Source of the DNA: Rotaria socialis | Lineage: Eukaryota | Length of the DNA: 48,685 nt | Assembly (NCBI GenBank): GCA_905331295.1 | Contig: CAJNYD010000476.1 | Location: forward strand, 1-48,685 | Reading direction: 5' to 3' | In this document: piece by piece, positions 23,601 through 38,600 of the stretch | Layout: each line of letters opens with the position of its first letter | Numbering within the stretch: position 1 is the stretch's first letter | The notes under the pieces: generated by a model | Told to the model about the DNA's origin: nothing | Database searches by the model: none | What the model saw: only the letters and a program-made list of their open reading frames with translations | Program-made: the position numbers and the translations under genes

Positions 23601-26600
23601 AAAATCGCATACACACTGAATTTATCTTATTTTTGACGCATAGAACCATTCCCTTAAAATCTTATTTAACTAAAAATAAAAATTTAAAAATGATGGGAAA
23701 ATGTTGCCAGTGAGACATATAGATATAAGTTTTATCAATAAATTAACCTGATTATACGCATAACAATATCGCCTTCGTCATAATTTTCATTCGTAACTAA
23801 ATAATTCACTGGTGTTTCCCATTCAATGGTTGAAAAACGTTGCGTTTGATCGCAAGCACCCGGTCGAATATGACCATCAGAAAATTGATGATAAAGGTTA
23901 ACAGCTTCAATTCCATTTTCAATAATCGATCGGTGTGTCTTATCTTCATTTTGATATTGTTGCTGATGAGAATTATTATAATATATTTGCCCACGATCAT
24001 ATAATTGTTGTAATGTTATTGTTAAAAATTCATCGCGTTCAATTAATTTTGCATAAGTTTGATGCAAAAGAAGATAAAATTGACTAAGATGGTATATTAA
24101 TTTAGTTATTTTTAAAAATGGTAAAGATGTAAGAGTATGTTGTAAAATTTTAAGAGACATTTCTGAATCTGTTAGACGATTTAATTCAGTTTTAAAATGT
24201 GTAAATTGAATGATAATAGGCATTTGATCAATAAAATTTTGTAGATTCATTTGTATTTGTGATTGCAGATTTAATTGATTAATATACGCTTTATGTTCAA
24301 CTAGATTATTATAAACGAAATAAAATACGTTATTTTTATATTCTTGTTCAGCTTTAATTTCATCATCATTAGTTGTATATACGGATTTAATCCATGAATT
24401 TTCATTTTTCGTAAGAAATGCCATTTGTTCAAAACAACGTGTCAAGATAATACAAGCATCATTTTGATTTGAATTAGTTGACAAGAAGTGAAACGTTGAC
24501 AGTAATCTAGTGCAAACAAAATGGCAAACTTTAGCTCTAGTACTTTCGCCAGCAAGTTGATGACCTGGTTCATCATCATCATCATCAGAATCATCATCAT
24601 CACCAATAGCTGATGGCGCAAGAATTGGCCCATACAAATTTTCAACAGATTCATCAAATAATAAAAGATGCCATGCCTAACCATAAAAAATCTATTAATA
24701 AAATAAAATATCAAAGTTTGAAAAAACTTGCCAATGCACCGAATGTCGAGAAGTAAGCAACATAAACGGCTGGTACATTCAATCCACTTGCATCTTCTAT
24801 ACCCTTGAATTGTAATAAATCACCATTTTGTGAAATAATACAACCACAATCATAATGAATATAAGTTGATTCAATGATATGTCGTGAAGTTGATCCAAAT
24901 CCTAATTATAATCAAAGATAAATGATCAAATGGAAGATAAAACATGAACAGAGAAGTATGTTAACTTCATCCCAAAACAATATATAGTGACTATGAGTGA
25001 GCCGATATCTATCACACGGATTCACATTAGTGACAGCGCCAGAATTATTGACCAGGGTAGGAGGTCTGATATCCTCTTCGTCTCCTTGTGGCATCGTCAC
25101 TAGCTTACAATGTTTACAAAAATATCGCATACAGTATTTTCATCGAAACTCAGAACGAGGGTTGAGAAATTTTACGATCTATCTAGTTAAAGAGAATTTA
25201 TTGTATACATGACAAGTGAATGTATGAATCCTTTCATAAATAACAGAGCTATCAACACGGCCTTCTGTCTGTAGGTATTTCAAGCGAGACCAGATAAAGT
25301 CAGAAAATCGATTCACCTGCCAGCAGCTTTGGTGCGTGTGCCACGAAATCAATAGTTAAAACGTCGAAAACAGGATTGAAACTCATGATGAATGAATGAC
25401 TTTCATACTACTGACTCTAATAGGACATTATGACGCTTTGACACATACAATTTCAATCAAGCATGTTGTCCTAACTATTTTCCGATATTCAACTCAATGA
25501 CTTGTTGGCCATCGAATTTAATTGATTTTTAATCGTTACATTGTTTTCTAGGAGAACAGATTAGTGAAGGATATGTGAACTTTTCTCATATTACAACAAA
25601 AGAAGTATAAATAAACATATTGAAATATATTTGGACAAGATTTTAAAACAAAGTTTTACATTCTGCATCTGATGTCATAGTTCAATTGAGTTTGATTCAA
25701 AAACAAATATATGAGTATTATTCCCTGAGTTAAGTATATTGTTATGTAGAGATTTTCAAGGGCAATCATTCGATTGTATTAAATCAGTATTAGAACACAA
25801 TTACTAAGAATCTATTTTATTTTGTGTTATCCATTAGTAAGAAAATGAAGTGATTTTACTAACCGAATGTATTTTCCAATGTCAACGGTTGAAACATAAA
25901 TGTCCAAAGAAAAGATTTTTCACCACCTAACAAAATCATTGCCATAAGATTGACAAGCATATGACGTAAAGATAAGTCGAATTCATCATTACAATCAAGT
26001 TTGAACAAACCATTAATGAAATTCTTATCAGCATTATTATTATTATCTCTTGGATATCCAATCATAAATTGTTCAGGTCTTATAATAACACGAAATAATC
26101 GTAATTCTTCAGATGATAATTGCAAAGTATTCTCAACCATTTCTAATAATGTATTTATAGATGATAATTGATTATTGCAATAATATTCATAGTAAATAAT
26201 TAATAATAATATTACTTTAATTTCTTTTAATTGTAATTGAATTGGATCCGAATTTAGTTTTAATTGAATCCAATCAGATAAAGTACCCCATTGATTTTCT
26301 TCAGTATTGCTTTTAACACAAATATCAATAATTTTGCTTAATTCTTCATAGGGTTGATGAAGTCCCGGAAATATTGACGAATCATTTTTTAAAGATAATG
26401 TAAATTGAATTTGATGGCAAAATTGTAAATATTTATTCTGTTTTTGTGTTTGCTTTAATTCAAGTGAACGATATAGATTTGTTGCCCATTGATGATTCAA
26501 ACGTAGAATATTTTCAGATTTTAATAAATTTAAAAGAAAATTCCATGATTTTTTCGATATAATGGTAGATAGAAAAAGTTCAAGATAATTATTAAATTGT

Positions 26601-29600
26601 GTCGATTGTTCGTCAATTAATAAAAATTCATTTATAATGGTTGACATAATACGGTTGACATCATCTAGCTCATTCTTATTCAAAATTATTTCACATAATA
26701 ACAAAGCAATCATTTTTATTCGAAGATAATCTTTTAATTGTTTGAAAAGATTTTCTCCTATAGGTATTAAACGTCTGTTTTGAATTGTTGGCAATCTCAA
26801 TAGCATTCCTTTATTGATAAGACTTGTTGTGATGCTTTCATTAGTCATTTGACATCTGAGATGAAAGAAATATAAATCAAATAATATTTGCCTTGTTTGT
26901 AAATCATTATTATCAGAAACTATTGATGGATGATAAGGTATTTTATAATTTTCAAGATCAACATTTGATATACATTCAATTAAATGTGGAATCATTTTAA
27001 ATCGATCCCATATATCAAAATATTGCTTATTTGGGTCTTCAATTTGAAGAAGTATATTAATTAATTCGTCGAATAAAAATTGTTTCATTGCTAAAGATAA
27101 TGGGCAAGTTGATTGATCTATATATTTCAATAGAAAATAAATATCTTGCTTAGATGGCTGTTTTATTGATTTTAAGAGTGCTATTGCCCATTGTTGAAGA
27201 TCAATAAATAATGTTGAATTAGCAATATTTTTGTCTGTTAAATGTCGATAAATGATATCTGCCATCTTTGGCAATAATCTTAAACAAACAGATGATCGAT
27301 TGATGTTTGTTTCCTTGAGCAAAATCGTTATTAATTGATGTGGTTCACTTATTGTATCATTTAAAAATATCAAATAAGATAAATTCATAAATTCAAGCTG
27401 ACTTTTAATATCAGATAGCTGCATACCACGTAAAATTTTCTCTGATGGATAATATTTTGAAATAAATGTGTAAGCATATATCCATGTTTCATAATTTTCA
27501 TTATTTGTACATAATTTATTAAGATTTTCCCATAAATAATTGAAAATTAAGCAGAAAAATGTTTCACGTAAATAAGAACGTGTGATATTTTCTTCATCGA
27601 ATAAATTATCATAAGATAAACTTCCAGAACTAATGCGAGTGATAATTCGAAATGCTGAATACATTGAAATAAGATCATTTTGTTCATATTCAAATAATGT
27701 ATAAACGTGTGCAAGAAACCAAACATCTTTATTAGGATAACTCTCTAATGATTGACGATCATTATCATCAATAAGTAATAACCAACGTGACATAAATTCA
27801 ACTGCTTGTTGGCATTGAATGGGATTATTATCAAAATTATTTTCGACAACACTACAAAATGTTCGAATAAGATCCGTTGAATAGGATTGCACAATACGTT
27901 CAGAGATTGTATCAGCTAACACGTTATCATTTACAATACAATCAATTAATCTAATTCGATATTGTTCAAATTTATACTGAGTCATTTCATTCTCATTTTC
28001 ATTGCTGCAATCTGCAGTCGTCACCTGTGGAGCATCATAATAATCATCACGTAAGCCATCTTCTTTTCCTGCAGAAAGAAAGAAAGATTTAAATGATAGA
28101 ACTTCTCTGCTTGTACCGTATTTCTCACGGAACAATAAGACCTGAATATATAAAATATTCAAAACTTAACTTTGTCATTGTTTATTTATTTGATAGAATT
28201 ATTCAAACAACATACTCAAGAAACAGAACTGGCATATATTTTTATAGTGTTCACATACTACAATGGATCCTTTAATCAGATGATACCGTACAAAAATGGT
28301 CATATACAAAATATTTACGTGCCGCATTTTACCGAAAAATGTGTCTGTGTAATAGTCACGTTTAATAGGAATGTGGCATATATCCGTCACATAAATGATG
28401 CCGTATTTCAGTAAAGAGAATCCCAGTCACTACTGCATAAATATATATATATATATCAGGCCTCGAATTTGGGCCACTTTCTGGTGGCCTGGACTGGCTC
28501 AAAGTTGGTCTCCAATTTGCTTACCCGGGCCGAACCGCCAATTTCGAGACCTGATATATATGCATGTATGTATGTATGTTATATTTTCGGATGTTTTAGA
28601 CATGCAGAAACAGTTTTTAGGATTTTCTGATCTAGTTTCTTTTATTAGAACGTTCTTCTCTTTTGTATGGCTACATTTCTCGGTACTGAAAATGTTTGAA
28701 AAATGATCGACATTTCAGTCACGACCAACGACCAGAGCAGTGGCTTAAACCCCTAATTACTATGAAAAATACAGATAGGCGTAGCATAGATGAGCATAAG
28801 ACAATTTTGTTTTTGTCCTATTATGTTCTGTCTTGTCCTTCTACCATATCTTATTCTGGTAAGCGGCAGAACATGACTGTTCTGTTGTATGGGCATCTAT
28901 GAGCGTAAGTATTTCTCGGAGCCTTGTTTCAGTTTTGATCAAAATACTTTTGCTTTTATATTCATCTGTTAATCTTTTTGACTTGTACTGTTACAAATTA
29001 TATGGAAATCACGTTTATAAAAAGATTCGGTGCAATTGCAATTACCCAATGGGGCAAAATTTTTGCATTCATTTTTTTTTAATATATCTCTGTGGCGCAA
29101 TGTCGTAGAAACCTTGATTTCTTTTTTTATTAGAAAGGGCAAAGTGTATAGTACAAAGCTATAAAAAAAGAATTTGACTAGGAATGTTTTATGAGGACCA
29201 CATGAATCTTAGAACAAAACGCGTTAGAAAAGCATTCCGCAAATTTTTTTTCATTTACAAAAGATTTTCTAAAATTAAACAGGTTATCTTTTCCTTTATA
29301 CCATCCAGATTTTATTACGCACGAGTCGAGCGGTAATACTGTATAAGAGGAAGAAATTTCCTATGCGCTTTTTAATGGTCGAAATGAACAGTTTTATGAT
29401 ATTGTCCGAGTCGCCGATTTTTCATCACTTCAGATACCGTTGGAAAATTTAAACTATACTATCAAGGAGATATTGTCAAAGGTTACATATTTTATATGAA
29501 AAAGAAAATTTATTGAGTCTTCCACCAAACGATATTATTTCAAATGGAACACAACTGCTCTGTAAGATATCCAGACACAAATTTGTTTTCACGTTGGAAA

Positions 29601-32600
29601 GCCAGATTCGAACAATTATTTTTTTGAGGCAAATTGTGCCCTGTTTATTCTCTTGTATGGAATATCTATTATTTTAACACAAAACGAAAGCATTCGTTGT
29701 AGTGAACAATTCCATGCATATGATACTCGAAAGCGTTCAAAGTGGGCAATGAAAAAGATCAAATAAATATTTTTGGACAAGAAAAATGTGACGAACGTTG
29801 TGGAATAATTTTCTAACGCGCTTTGTTCTAAGATTCTTGTGGTCCTGAGAAAGCATTTCCAATCAAATTCTTTTTTATATTTTTGTGCTACACACCTTAC
29901 TCTTTCCAACAAAAAAGAAGTCAGGTCTCTACGATATTGTATCGCAGAGTTATATCAAAAACAAAATTAATGCGAAACTTTTGCCCCACCCGTTATATGT
30001 ATTTCCATATTCAATATATATGTGTTCTTATTCTAATTCCTAGGAAACACGCGAAAACTGCAAATGCCACCCGAGTATTTCGACGAACAATAGTTAACGA
30101 TGAGTTTTCGAGCGAGTTATCTGATGTCAGATTCTTAAGAAAGAGAATAATTTATTATCAGTGTATCGTTCATTCTTCGGACTTCATATCAGCTGCCATA
30201 TTACTATTTCCGATCAAGTAATATAGCTTTTAAAAATGCTAACCTTGATGCTTTGTTAATGTACGAACAAGTGTTTCTTTGATATCGTCTGCATGTTTTT
30301 TAACACGTTGATGAAATAGATAATATAATGGTGTTTGTGGTATACAAGGATAATGAGTACTAAGTTGAAATACTCCTTGTGTCGTTGGTGAAGAAAATAT
30401 ATCTTTATCATCATCAACAGAAAATGATTGATAATCAATTAAATTTAATAATGAACCATAGATTTTATGGTCAGTTGATAATTTAGGTAATGTTTCTAAT
30501 CCATAATCATTAACAATAAATTTGAAAACATTTGAAGCAAAATTTGTAAATGAATTTCGTGTTTGTGATTGAATCGACTCGATAAGACCATCAAAACGTT
30601 TACCACATAAAATATCTTTTGAAATTTGATAAATTAAACTATAGATTTTTTTTGAAGAATTTTCTTTTCTCAATAAATATTTATGATAAATATTGACGAT
30701 ATGTTGTTTTAATTGTGTCGATCGATGAAGAATATGTTTAAGACATTTAACACGACGTATTGCATTTGTTTGGGGTTGATAAAATTCATGAGTCATTGTA
30801 TCTGTAAACATATTTTCTGATAATTGAGGAAGAAGAAGTTGAACTCGAGAACAAAAATCCCATAAAGAATCTTCGAAGAGAATGTTCAAATCACAAAGAA
30901 CATTGTCAAGATTTTGTGTTTGTTGATCATCAAGAGATGATGAAGATATAATTCGTAACATTTTTTGAAGATGAAATGCGCTACCTGGTGTACATGTATC
31001 GAAAAAATAAAATTCCCATTCATGCAAAAATATTGATGGAAAGCATGATTGATGATATAAATCTTGAGTTGATGAATGGACAAGCATAAGAAAATATTTT
31101 AGCTCTGAAGGGTGAGCAGTACGATAAGAAGATTCAGTCTTATCAATCAGCTGTTGAACAAAGGGAATATGTAAGCGTTGCTGTCCGTTTCTGCCATCAA
31201 TAATGATGATTAAAACATTTTTATTATCATCATCCGTATAGCTATTGAATCTATCCTGTAATTCAACTGAATTTTCAATTGTATTCTAAATAGAAGATAG
31301 GATAACTGTTTTTAAAATCAAAGCATACAATAAAACATTAAGAATGAAATGAATGTTTTTTTCTTATTTATTAAAATGGTTAAGACGTCTTATAGAAATT
31401 TATCAGTAAATTCAAAAGCTTCAGTTTGAATTTTTAATTAAAGAGTAATCGATATATATACTATATTCGCACCAGTTTGAAATGATTGTGATAGACTACA
31501 GTAAACGTTCGAAAAATTATATTCTTTGAAATCTATATAAGATGAATCCATAGCTGAATTAAGATATTTTTGATCGATGAATTCAAATTTTTGGCTTAAT
31601 AGTATATCAAAATTCAAGTGAAGTCGGTGGAGATTGTTTTGTTAATGTATACATATTATATAAATATTGGCAAAAAAAGGCTTTTATACGATATAGCTAA
31701 ATAGCAAGGAGTATGTTTATTGCATGGCTTTAAATGAATTACCATATTGTATAGAAAATCATATATGCAGATCTGTATTGGATGTTTTTGTAAATATATT
31801 CTTTTTGGCGCATTTTCTGAGTTGGTTAGTTCCTAACATAGGTCAAAAACCAGTCGAATCGAACTCAAATCAGTAAAATTTGGTTGTTGGTTCCTGTTGC
31901 TAGGGAATTGAACTCAAATGGCTGCGATAAAAAATTCACAGAAATTCAATTCAGCGTTAGTAGAAATAAGCACAGAAAATTGATTTGAATATCATATGAA
32001 TATAAAAACGACGTGTATATCTTGGGAGTTTTTTTGGGTTAGAAAAAGGGAGGATATGCACTTAAAGACAAGAGCTGTACCTACTTCAGTATTTTGACAT
32101 GCATTTTTGCATCAATTTTATTCTTTGGTGTAATTGCGAATTAGCTAAGATATTATTCTAAATATTTTTTTGTGACTTCGAAATGATAAAAACTATTTCT
32201 ATAGTGCAAGTGATCATTACAAGTATTCAAATTAGTCAATGAAACATATATTGGATAAGCAAGTTCTAGAAAAACGTATGGCGTGATCTAACCTAATCGC
32301 AAATATATACAAATTAATTAATTATTTCTCTATACTTTTCAGATTAAAATCAATCCCCCTGCATGTGCCAAAGTGGAACTCCAAAGAAGTTTTATCTATA
32401 TATCATCAATATTTAATCTGTAACGTTGTAGTATTATTCATTGAATAGTCATAGATTGCAATTAGAATTTATTATAATTTCATCAATTTTTATTTTCGAA
32501 ACATTATGTCGAAGTATAGTGATTTATTTGAATTCTTTGTTCTTCCTCAAAATTGACGAAACGAGAAAAATTAGTCATGTAGATTTGTGAAAAATATTCA

Positions 32601-35600
32601 ATCTTTTGATGAAATCTACTGTCATTTGAAATAGAAATGCACAAGAATCGAGAAGATAAATATTGCATTAATTTTCCACCGGACTGGACGAGAAAAAAGC
32701 ATCAATGTTACAACTCAATCTTTATGGTTTTAAGTAAAGATAAGAAGCAGAATGAAAATGAAAAGAGATATACGAGTTAATGATAAATCGGTTCTTTTCA
32801 TTTTGAACAATCTGATTTATAAAGTTGAATACTTACCAAATTTATAATTTCTATTTGTCTACTATAATTAGAAGCTTCATCGTCATTATTATTAGTAGTA
32901 AATAATTCATTTTTTGATTGTTGATTTAAACCAATGACATAAGAGGATGTTCGTGTAAATAGGATTACTTTTGTTGTTGCTGAAATAGAATTCTGTATCG
33001 TTTGATGGTGTGTATTTTCTGATGATGAAAGTGTGTCGTTGTCAATATTAACCAAGGGTTTCGAAATCAATTGACGAATGAAATTTCCCAAATTAAAATG
33101 TTCTTGCTGTTGAAAATATAAATTGCATAGCCATTGTTCAACTTTTTCTTCAAATGCTGGCAACTTCACTATGATTGATTCAGGTGAAACAAGTTGAATC
33201 AATCTTGATAGTATTAATCGAACAAGACACTGTTGAGTATTAGTAGGATTTTGTTCAATAAATGATTTCAGTTTAAAGGTTAATTGTGTATAGTGTTGAT
33301 TCACATTTAATAAAGAATGTTCTTCGTTCTCATTCACTTTAATTAATGATAGCAGACATGAATAAAGAGTACTTTTATTGATACCATAAAAATATTGTCG
33401 CCCGAAATGTTCAATAAATGATAAAACTTTCTCTTCGACATTTCTTACAATAACCTGTTCATTACCAGGAAGTTTATGTAAGCGAATACGATAGAAATCA
33501 TTGACACTTAATGAATATTTTTGAAAACGACTAAGGAATGGTGCTGGTATATCTTTAAATTCCCTTCTTTTAACATGAACAATACATTGAAAATCTTCAT
33601 GAACAGCAACATCAATTGTTTTGGGGCCAATGGCAACTTTTGAAAATATTTTTCTCATGTCACCTGTTGCCATTATTGAAAAATTTTGATTAAAAACATC
33701 ATATAATGAACCATGAATTCGACTTGTATTTACCATTAATATTGTTCTTCCAGTTTCCATACATAATTTTATTGTTGATAGTACCTCAACATTTCGCAAT
33801 TCATTATTAATATCATCCGGAAAATCGGACATTCGAAAGATCGATGTTCTTGTAGGGTCGGAATCTATAATACCTGTTTGTAATAAAAGATTTATAGCAC
33901 TTTCGCCTTCCGATTCATCGATAATTAGTTTATAACGGCCATACAAACGTCGACGTTTTGAATCGAGTTTCATTGAATCCCGAAGAACAGTTGGAATATC
34001 ACGATAACATTTTTGTTGTCGTGCTTCAATTGGTAAAGCAAAATTAGGAGATTCTTCTTGAACAGCTTTGAAAAAGATCTCGACTAATTCTTGAAATTCT
34101 TTTCGTGTTATTCCATTAAAATTATCTTCAAGAGCACGTATTAAACTAATCGGTTTTATAATACCTATGCTGGTGTTTTCATCGTCTGTTATTGTTGTTG
34201 GTAGTTCAAAACGTAATTCTCTTAACATATAAATAAAGTCTCGATCATGAAAAATTTTCGGAATATTTTCATTAGAAAGTACTCGACGATAACCTTTACA
34301 AAGACCATATATGATCTTATCGAGATTTTTATTTATATTTTGTTGTTCGTATCCAGTTTGTATACCAAGACAACCATATGCTAGTATTTGTTGATCATCT
34401 TTTGATGGTACAGATCGATATATACAAATCATTCGGTTAGCATTAGCAGCATCAAATGATTTATTAGCTATAGCTACAAAAGCCACTTTACATTCATCCA
34501 AATAAGGGTGTAATACTTTTAATACCATTTTCTTCTCATCAGGCAATGAAGCTTCATCCAAGAAAACAACCTAACAATAATTAATAATAGTCTTATATGT
34601 AATATAGATGAGTCCTCTTGAAAGAAAATAGAAAAACTTACACATCGCGTATCTATTCGATTTTGTTTGTATTGTTGTTCACGTTTGATAGCTCGTTCAA
34701 ACATAGATGCAATATCTTCAGATCGACTGTATTTTGATCCAAGACAAAAAAATGGATCCACGGCAGGTAAACGTTTACAAAATTCTTTTGCTGATAATTG
34801 AGAACCTTGAAGATTTTGTAGAACAATTTGGAATGAAAGTGTTTTCGATTGACCTAAAATAGAACAATGTTGATTGAATTTTAAAATCTTCGTCGAAAAA
34901 CACGTACCGGGTGCCCCAATTATACATAATGGTGTTTGGGTAACAATACTAACAACAATTGAAAAGATATGTTCTCGAATCTATAAGAAAAATAAAGACA
35001 TAAAAACTCTTTGAACAATAAATGATAAGAGTCTCACGGCTTGATTAACAGCTACCCCATGTGGAATAACAAAATGATCAGTATTAACGAATCTTTGAAG
35101 TTCTTTTTGAATAATTTGAACAAAATCTGGTATGTGTTTTGAAATAAGATCACCGAATTGTTCACGTGATGGTGTACTAAGATCTGCTCGATGTATATTA
35201 TCTTCGTCGGTTGGAAGTCGAAAATAATAAATCAATGCTAATGATAAAGCAATACATCGTATGGGATCTGGTTCGTTATCATTTTCGTCATATTTCATGT
35301 TCCAAAAGAAGTCAATAAGATTAAAACATCTTTGAATTTCTCGTTGTGACACAGAATTTCGTCCTAAATAGAAATTCAAAGATTAACTGTCTAAATAACA
35401 ATAACATTTATTATTAAACTATTTTTAATTTTAATTGTATCTCCTCATTCGACATCTGCGCTCGTTCACGATCGTAGTCAATAAAATATGACAATAGAGA
35501 AAATTCTCTTTCTTGATTGGAAAATATATAGAACACTCATCATAAACAAGAAATTTCATGATTACGATTGTCAGCTTCAGCTTTTTGTTCCTGGATATGA

Positions 35601-38600
35601 GAATCCATAAATTGTTCTAGGCTCGTTAAAAATGTGGAAATGCATGTAAACTATGATTTTGGAGCCATTTAACGCTTCTATCACAAAATGGACTAAAGGA
35701 TACATATGTATGAAAATCTTCGCTTGCCTTGAATCACAACATTTGTCTGAATCAAGAAGAAAGATTTCCTTCATTATACTATGCATTATGAGAAAGAGAA
35801 TCATTTAGAAAATATAATGCCAAAATCAATTTTTCCATTTTCAACTATTTAATAAGCTTTTTTGCGTCAGAAAACTGATTATTCCCCTTGTTACAATCAT
35901 GATCGAGTGTAGGTTTCTATTTGTCATGCAGATTCTCATTGGTTTTGTTTTCGAAATCATCTCATTTTCATTTCACACGCAAATTACAAAATTTTTATCC
36001 CAAACGAATTTAGTTACGATTATTTTTTGAAATTGTTTACAAAAAAGCATACCGAGATGTTCTTCACAAAACTGTTGTGCTTTAAGAATAGATTGAGTAA
36101 GCGTATCTTGTGCATATTTATCTAATGAAACTTGTTTTTGAGCATCTGTTGTTGAATTAACAGTGAATTTTGATATTTTTTGTTTTATATAATCTTCTAG
36201 TGTATTTAAATCTAGTATTCCATAAGAAACTTTGAGATTATCTAATGATTGTGGTAATTCATGTACAATATAATCACGACAATGAACATGAAAATCATCT
36301 TTTGAATGTTTGTGAGGCTCATTAGGATTTATTGATGGGTTAATGGCTGCAGTAAAGAAGATATTTTTCGGTAAACTAATTCCATGTAATGTACCATCCA
36401 TAAACATTTCTTTAAACAAACCAAGACAAGAAGATGTATTAACTTCATCGAAAAAGACGACTAATTCAATATCAGGCATTTGTTCCGCTAGTTGAGAAAT
36501 AGGAAACATGAAATCTTTGATTTGTTCTTCAGTTACACCAGGATGTAAGAGAAGACGGTAAAATAGCGGTTTAACACGAGTATGACTTATGAATTCATTG
36601 AAAACGTCAATTGATGATTCAACTGTCAGTGGATTTGATTCTTCTAATAACTTTAGCAATTGTGGACTAGCTTCAATTAATGGATAATCGATTAAGTGTG
36701 ATGTTACAAATTGATGTACTTCAATAAGGGTTTTTTTCGCAAGATTTTGTTCATTTTCATGTAAAATAGTAATAATTGTTTTCCAAATGCATCGTAAAAT
36801 GCTATCATTATATTCTAATTTTTCTAAAGATTGTTTTATTTCTGTTAACAATTGAGAATTGACTTGATCATTATCTTCTAGAAGCTCATCTATTTCATGA
36901 TCATTTTTATTTTTTGAACCATGTAAGATTGATTCTATTTGTCGCAGGAATATATTTAATAAATTCGTATGATTTTCTAAGATTCCTTTTCGCGTTTGCT
37001 TATTTTCTATGGGTTCTTCGAAAAAATATCTTAATAACCACAAGCCAGTACGCTCAACAGTTCTTGGGGCAAGTTTATTATCCAGTGTACCATGAGTTAC
37101 ATTAGCATTAAGTAATAAAGAATAAAACTTAAGAAGAAAAGTTTTTCCAACGCCAGTCTCACCTTCAATAATTAGAGCTAATTTTGTTAATTTTCTTTCA
37201 TGAACATGAAAAAGTTTATAAGAAAAATTTTCTGTCAAAATAAAATTTGCTTGGATCATTATGTTTTCGAATAAATTATAAGGAATATGTACTAACCATG
37301 ATAAACATATGATAAAAAAATTTTTATTTTTATATTGACTGCTTTTTGATGGATCGTCATTTTTGAAAAGAGCTTTTAATGTTAAAGGAACTGTATTCCA
37401 ATCATTATGTAATACATGTAATGAAAATGCTGGATCATAGACAAGATAAATACGAGGATAATCAGTTGAAAGAAAGCTTATTTGGGTTAGATGCTTTGCT
37501 TCATTTATCATTTGTGTCATAGTAGTTGAACCCAGACGTTCAATAGTCATATTAAGACAATAATGGAACCCAGTAAAGAATCGAATACGACGATGCAGAA
37601 ATTTAGTAAACGAAAGTTCAAAAATTTTATTTCTTGGCAGTTCTGGAGCGTATTTTTCTATACATTTGTAAATATGTTGACGACATTCATTATGATCTGT
37701 TAATCGATCAAAATTCACAGATTGCTCTTCACCAGAATCATCTTCTGTTAAAAAGCGATCAATCGTTTGATTTTCATAAGCTTTCAGAAATCTTGCAACA
37801 AGTTCTTCTTCTTCACCAATAAATAATTGATAATTAGCATCAGTAACTTCTTCTAAACTATTTGATGACATAATCGATAGTATTGGTAATATTTGATCAA
37901 AGTTTCTTTTAATCGTTAAATTACATTTATCTATATACGGAACTTCAATAATAAATTCCCATGATTTTGTTATCGATGGTGAAAATGTAAGACCAGTACT
38001 ATGATCATTTAATGAACTGCATGCAAATAAAGAAAAAAATGCATGATTCAGTTGTTTAAAATGTGCATGAATAGAAATATTAAAATAGATTGACAGCTGC
38101 TTATTTGATGTTTTCGATTCCAACGATAAAAATGTACTGATCAATGATGACAGATTTAATTTATCATTAATACTTACACATGATGTGTTATGATTTTTAT
38201 ATTTTGTTTTGATGAAATGAGTTTTTCCTATAAATAAAACAACGAATTTTAAATGAACGAAGAAAGTAATATGGAATAGAATTTCATACCAATGCCAGCT
38301 TTTCCATATATAATTTTGATTTGCGGTGGTGTAAAATTATTGTTTCGCAGTAATGTCATAAATTTTGAATAAGTATTAGATGAATCTCGATATTGTTGTT
38401 TTATATAAAATGGTCGTAAACCTTTTCTAAAAGATATTAATTCTCTTGAAAAGTAGTAAATTGTTCCATGTCGTTCAGATTGTTTTACTAATGAATCTTG
38501 TTCATTTAATAATAATTCTCGAAGTCGATGATGCATTTTATCAATATCCATGACAACAAATGTCAAACATGGAAAAGTTCGTACACGTGAAAAAAATAAT

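Noticed and set aside
24912..25212. Intronic ORF with CKHC as a zinc-finger or transposase fragment
   Set aside because: A lone CxxC with no supporting residues is too weak to call.
28093..30221. Short ORFs inside the 2.2-kb intron
   Set aside because: They overlap MITE and low-complexity sequence, with no transposase or other motifs.
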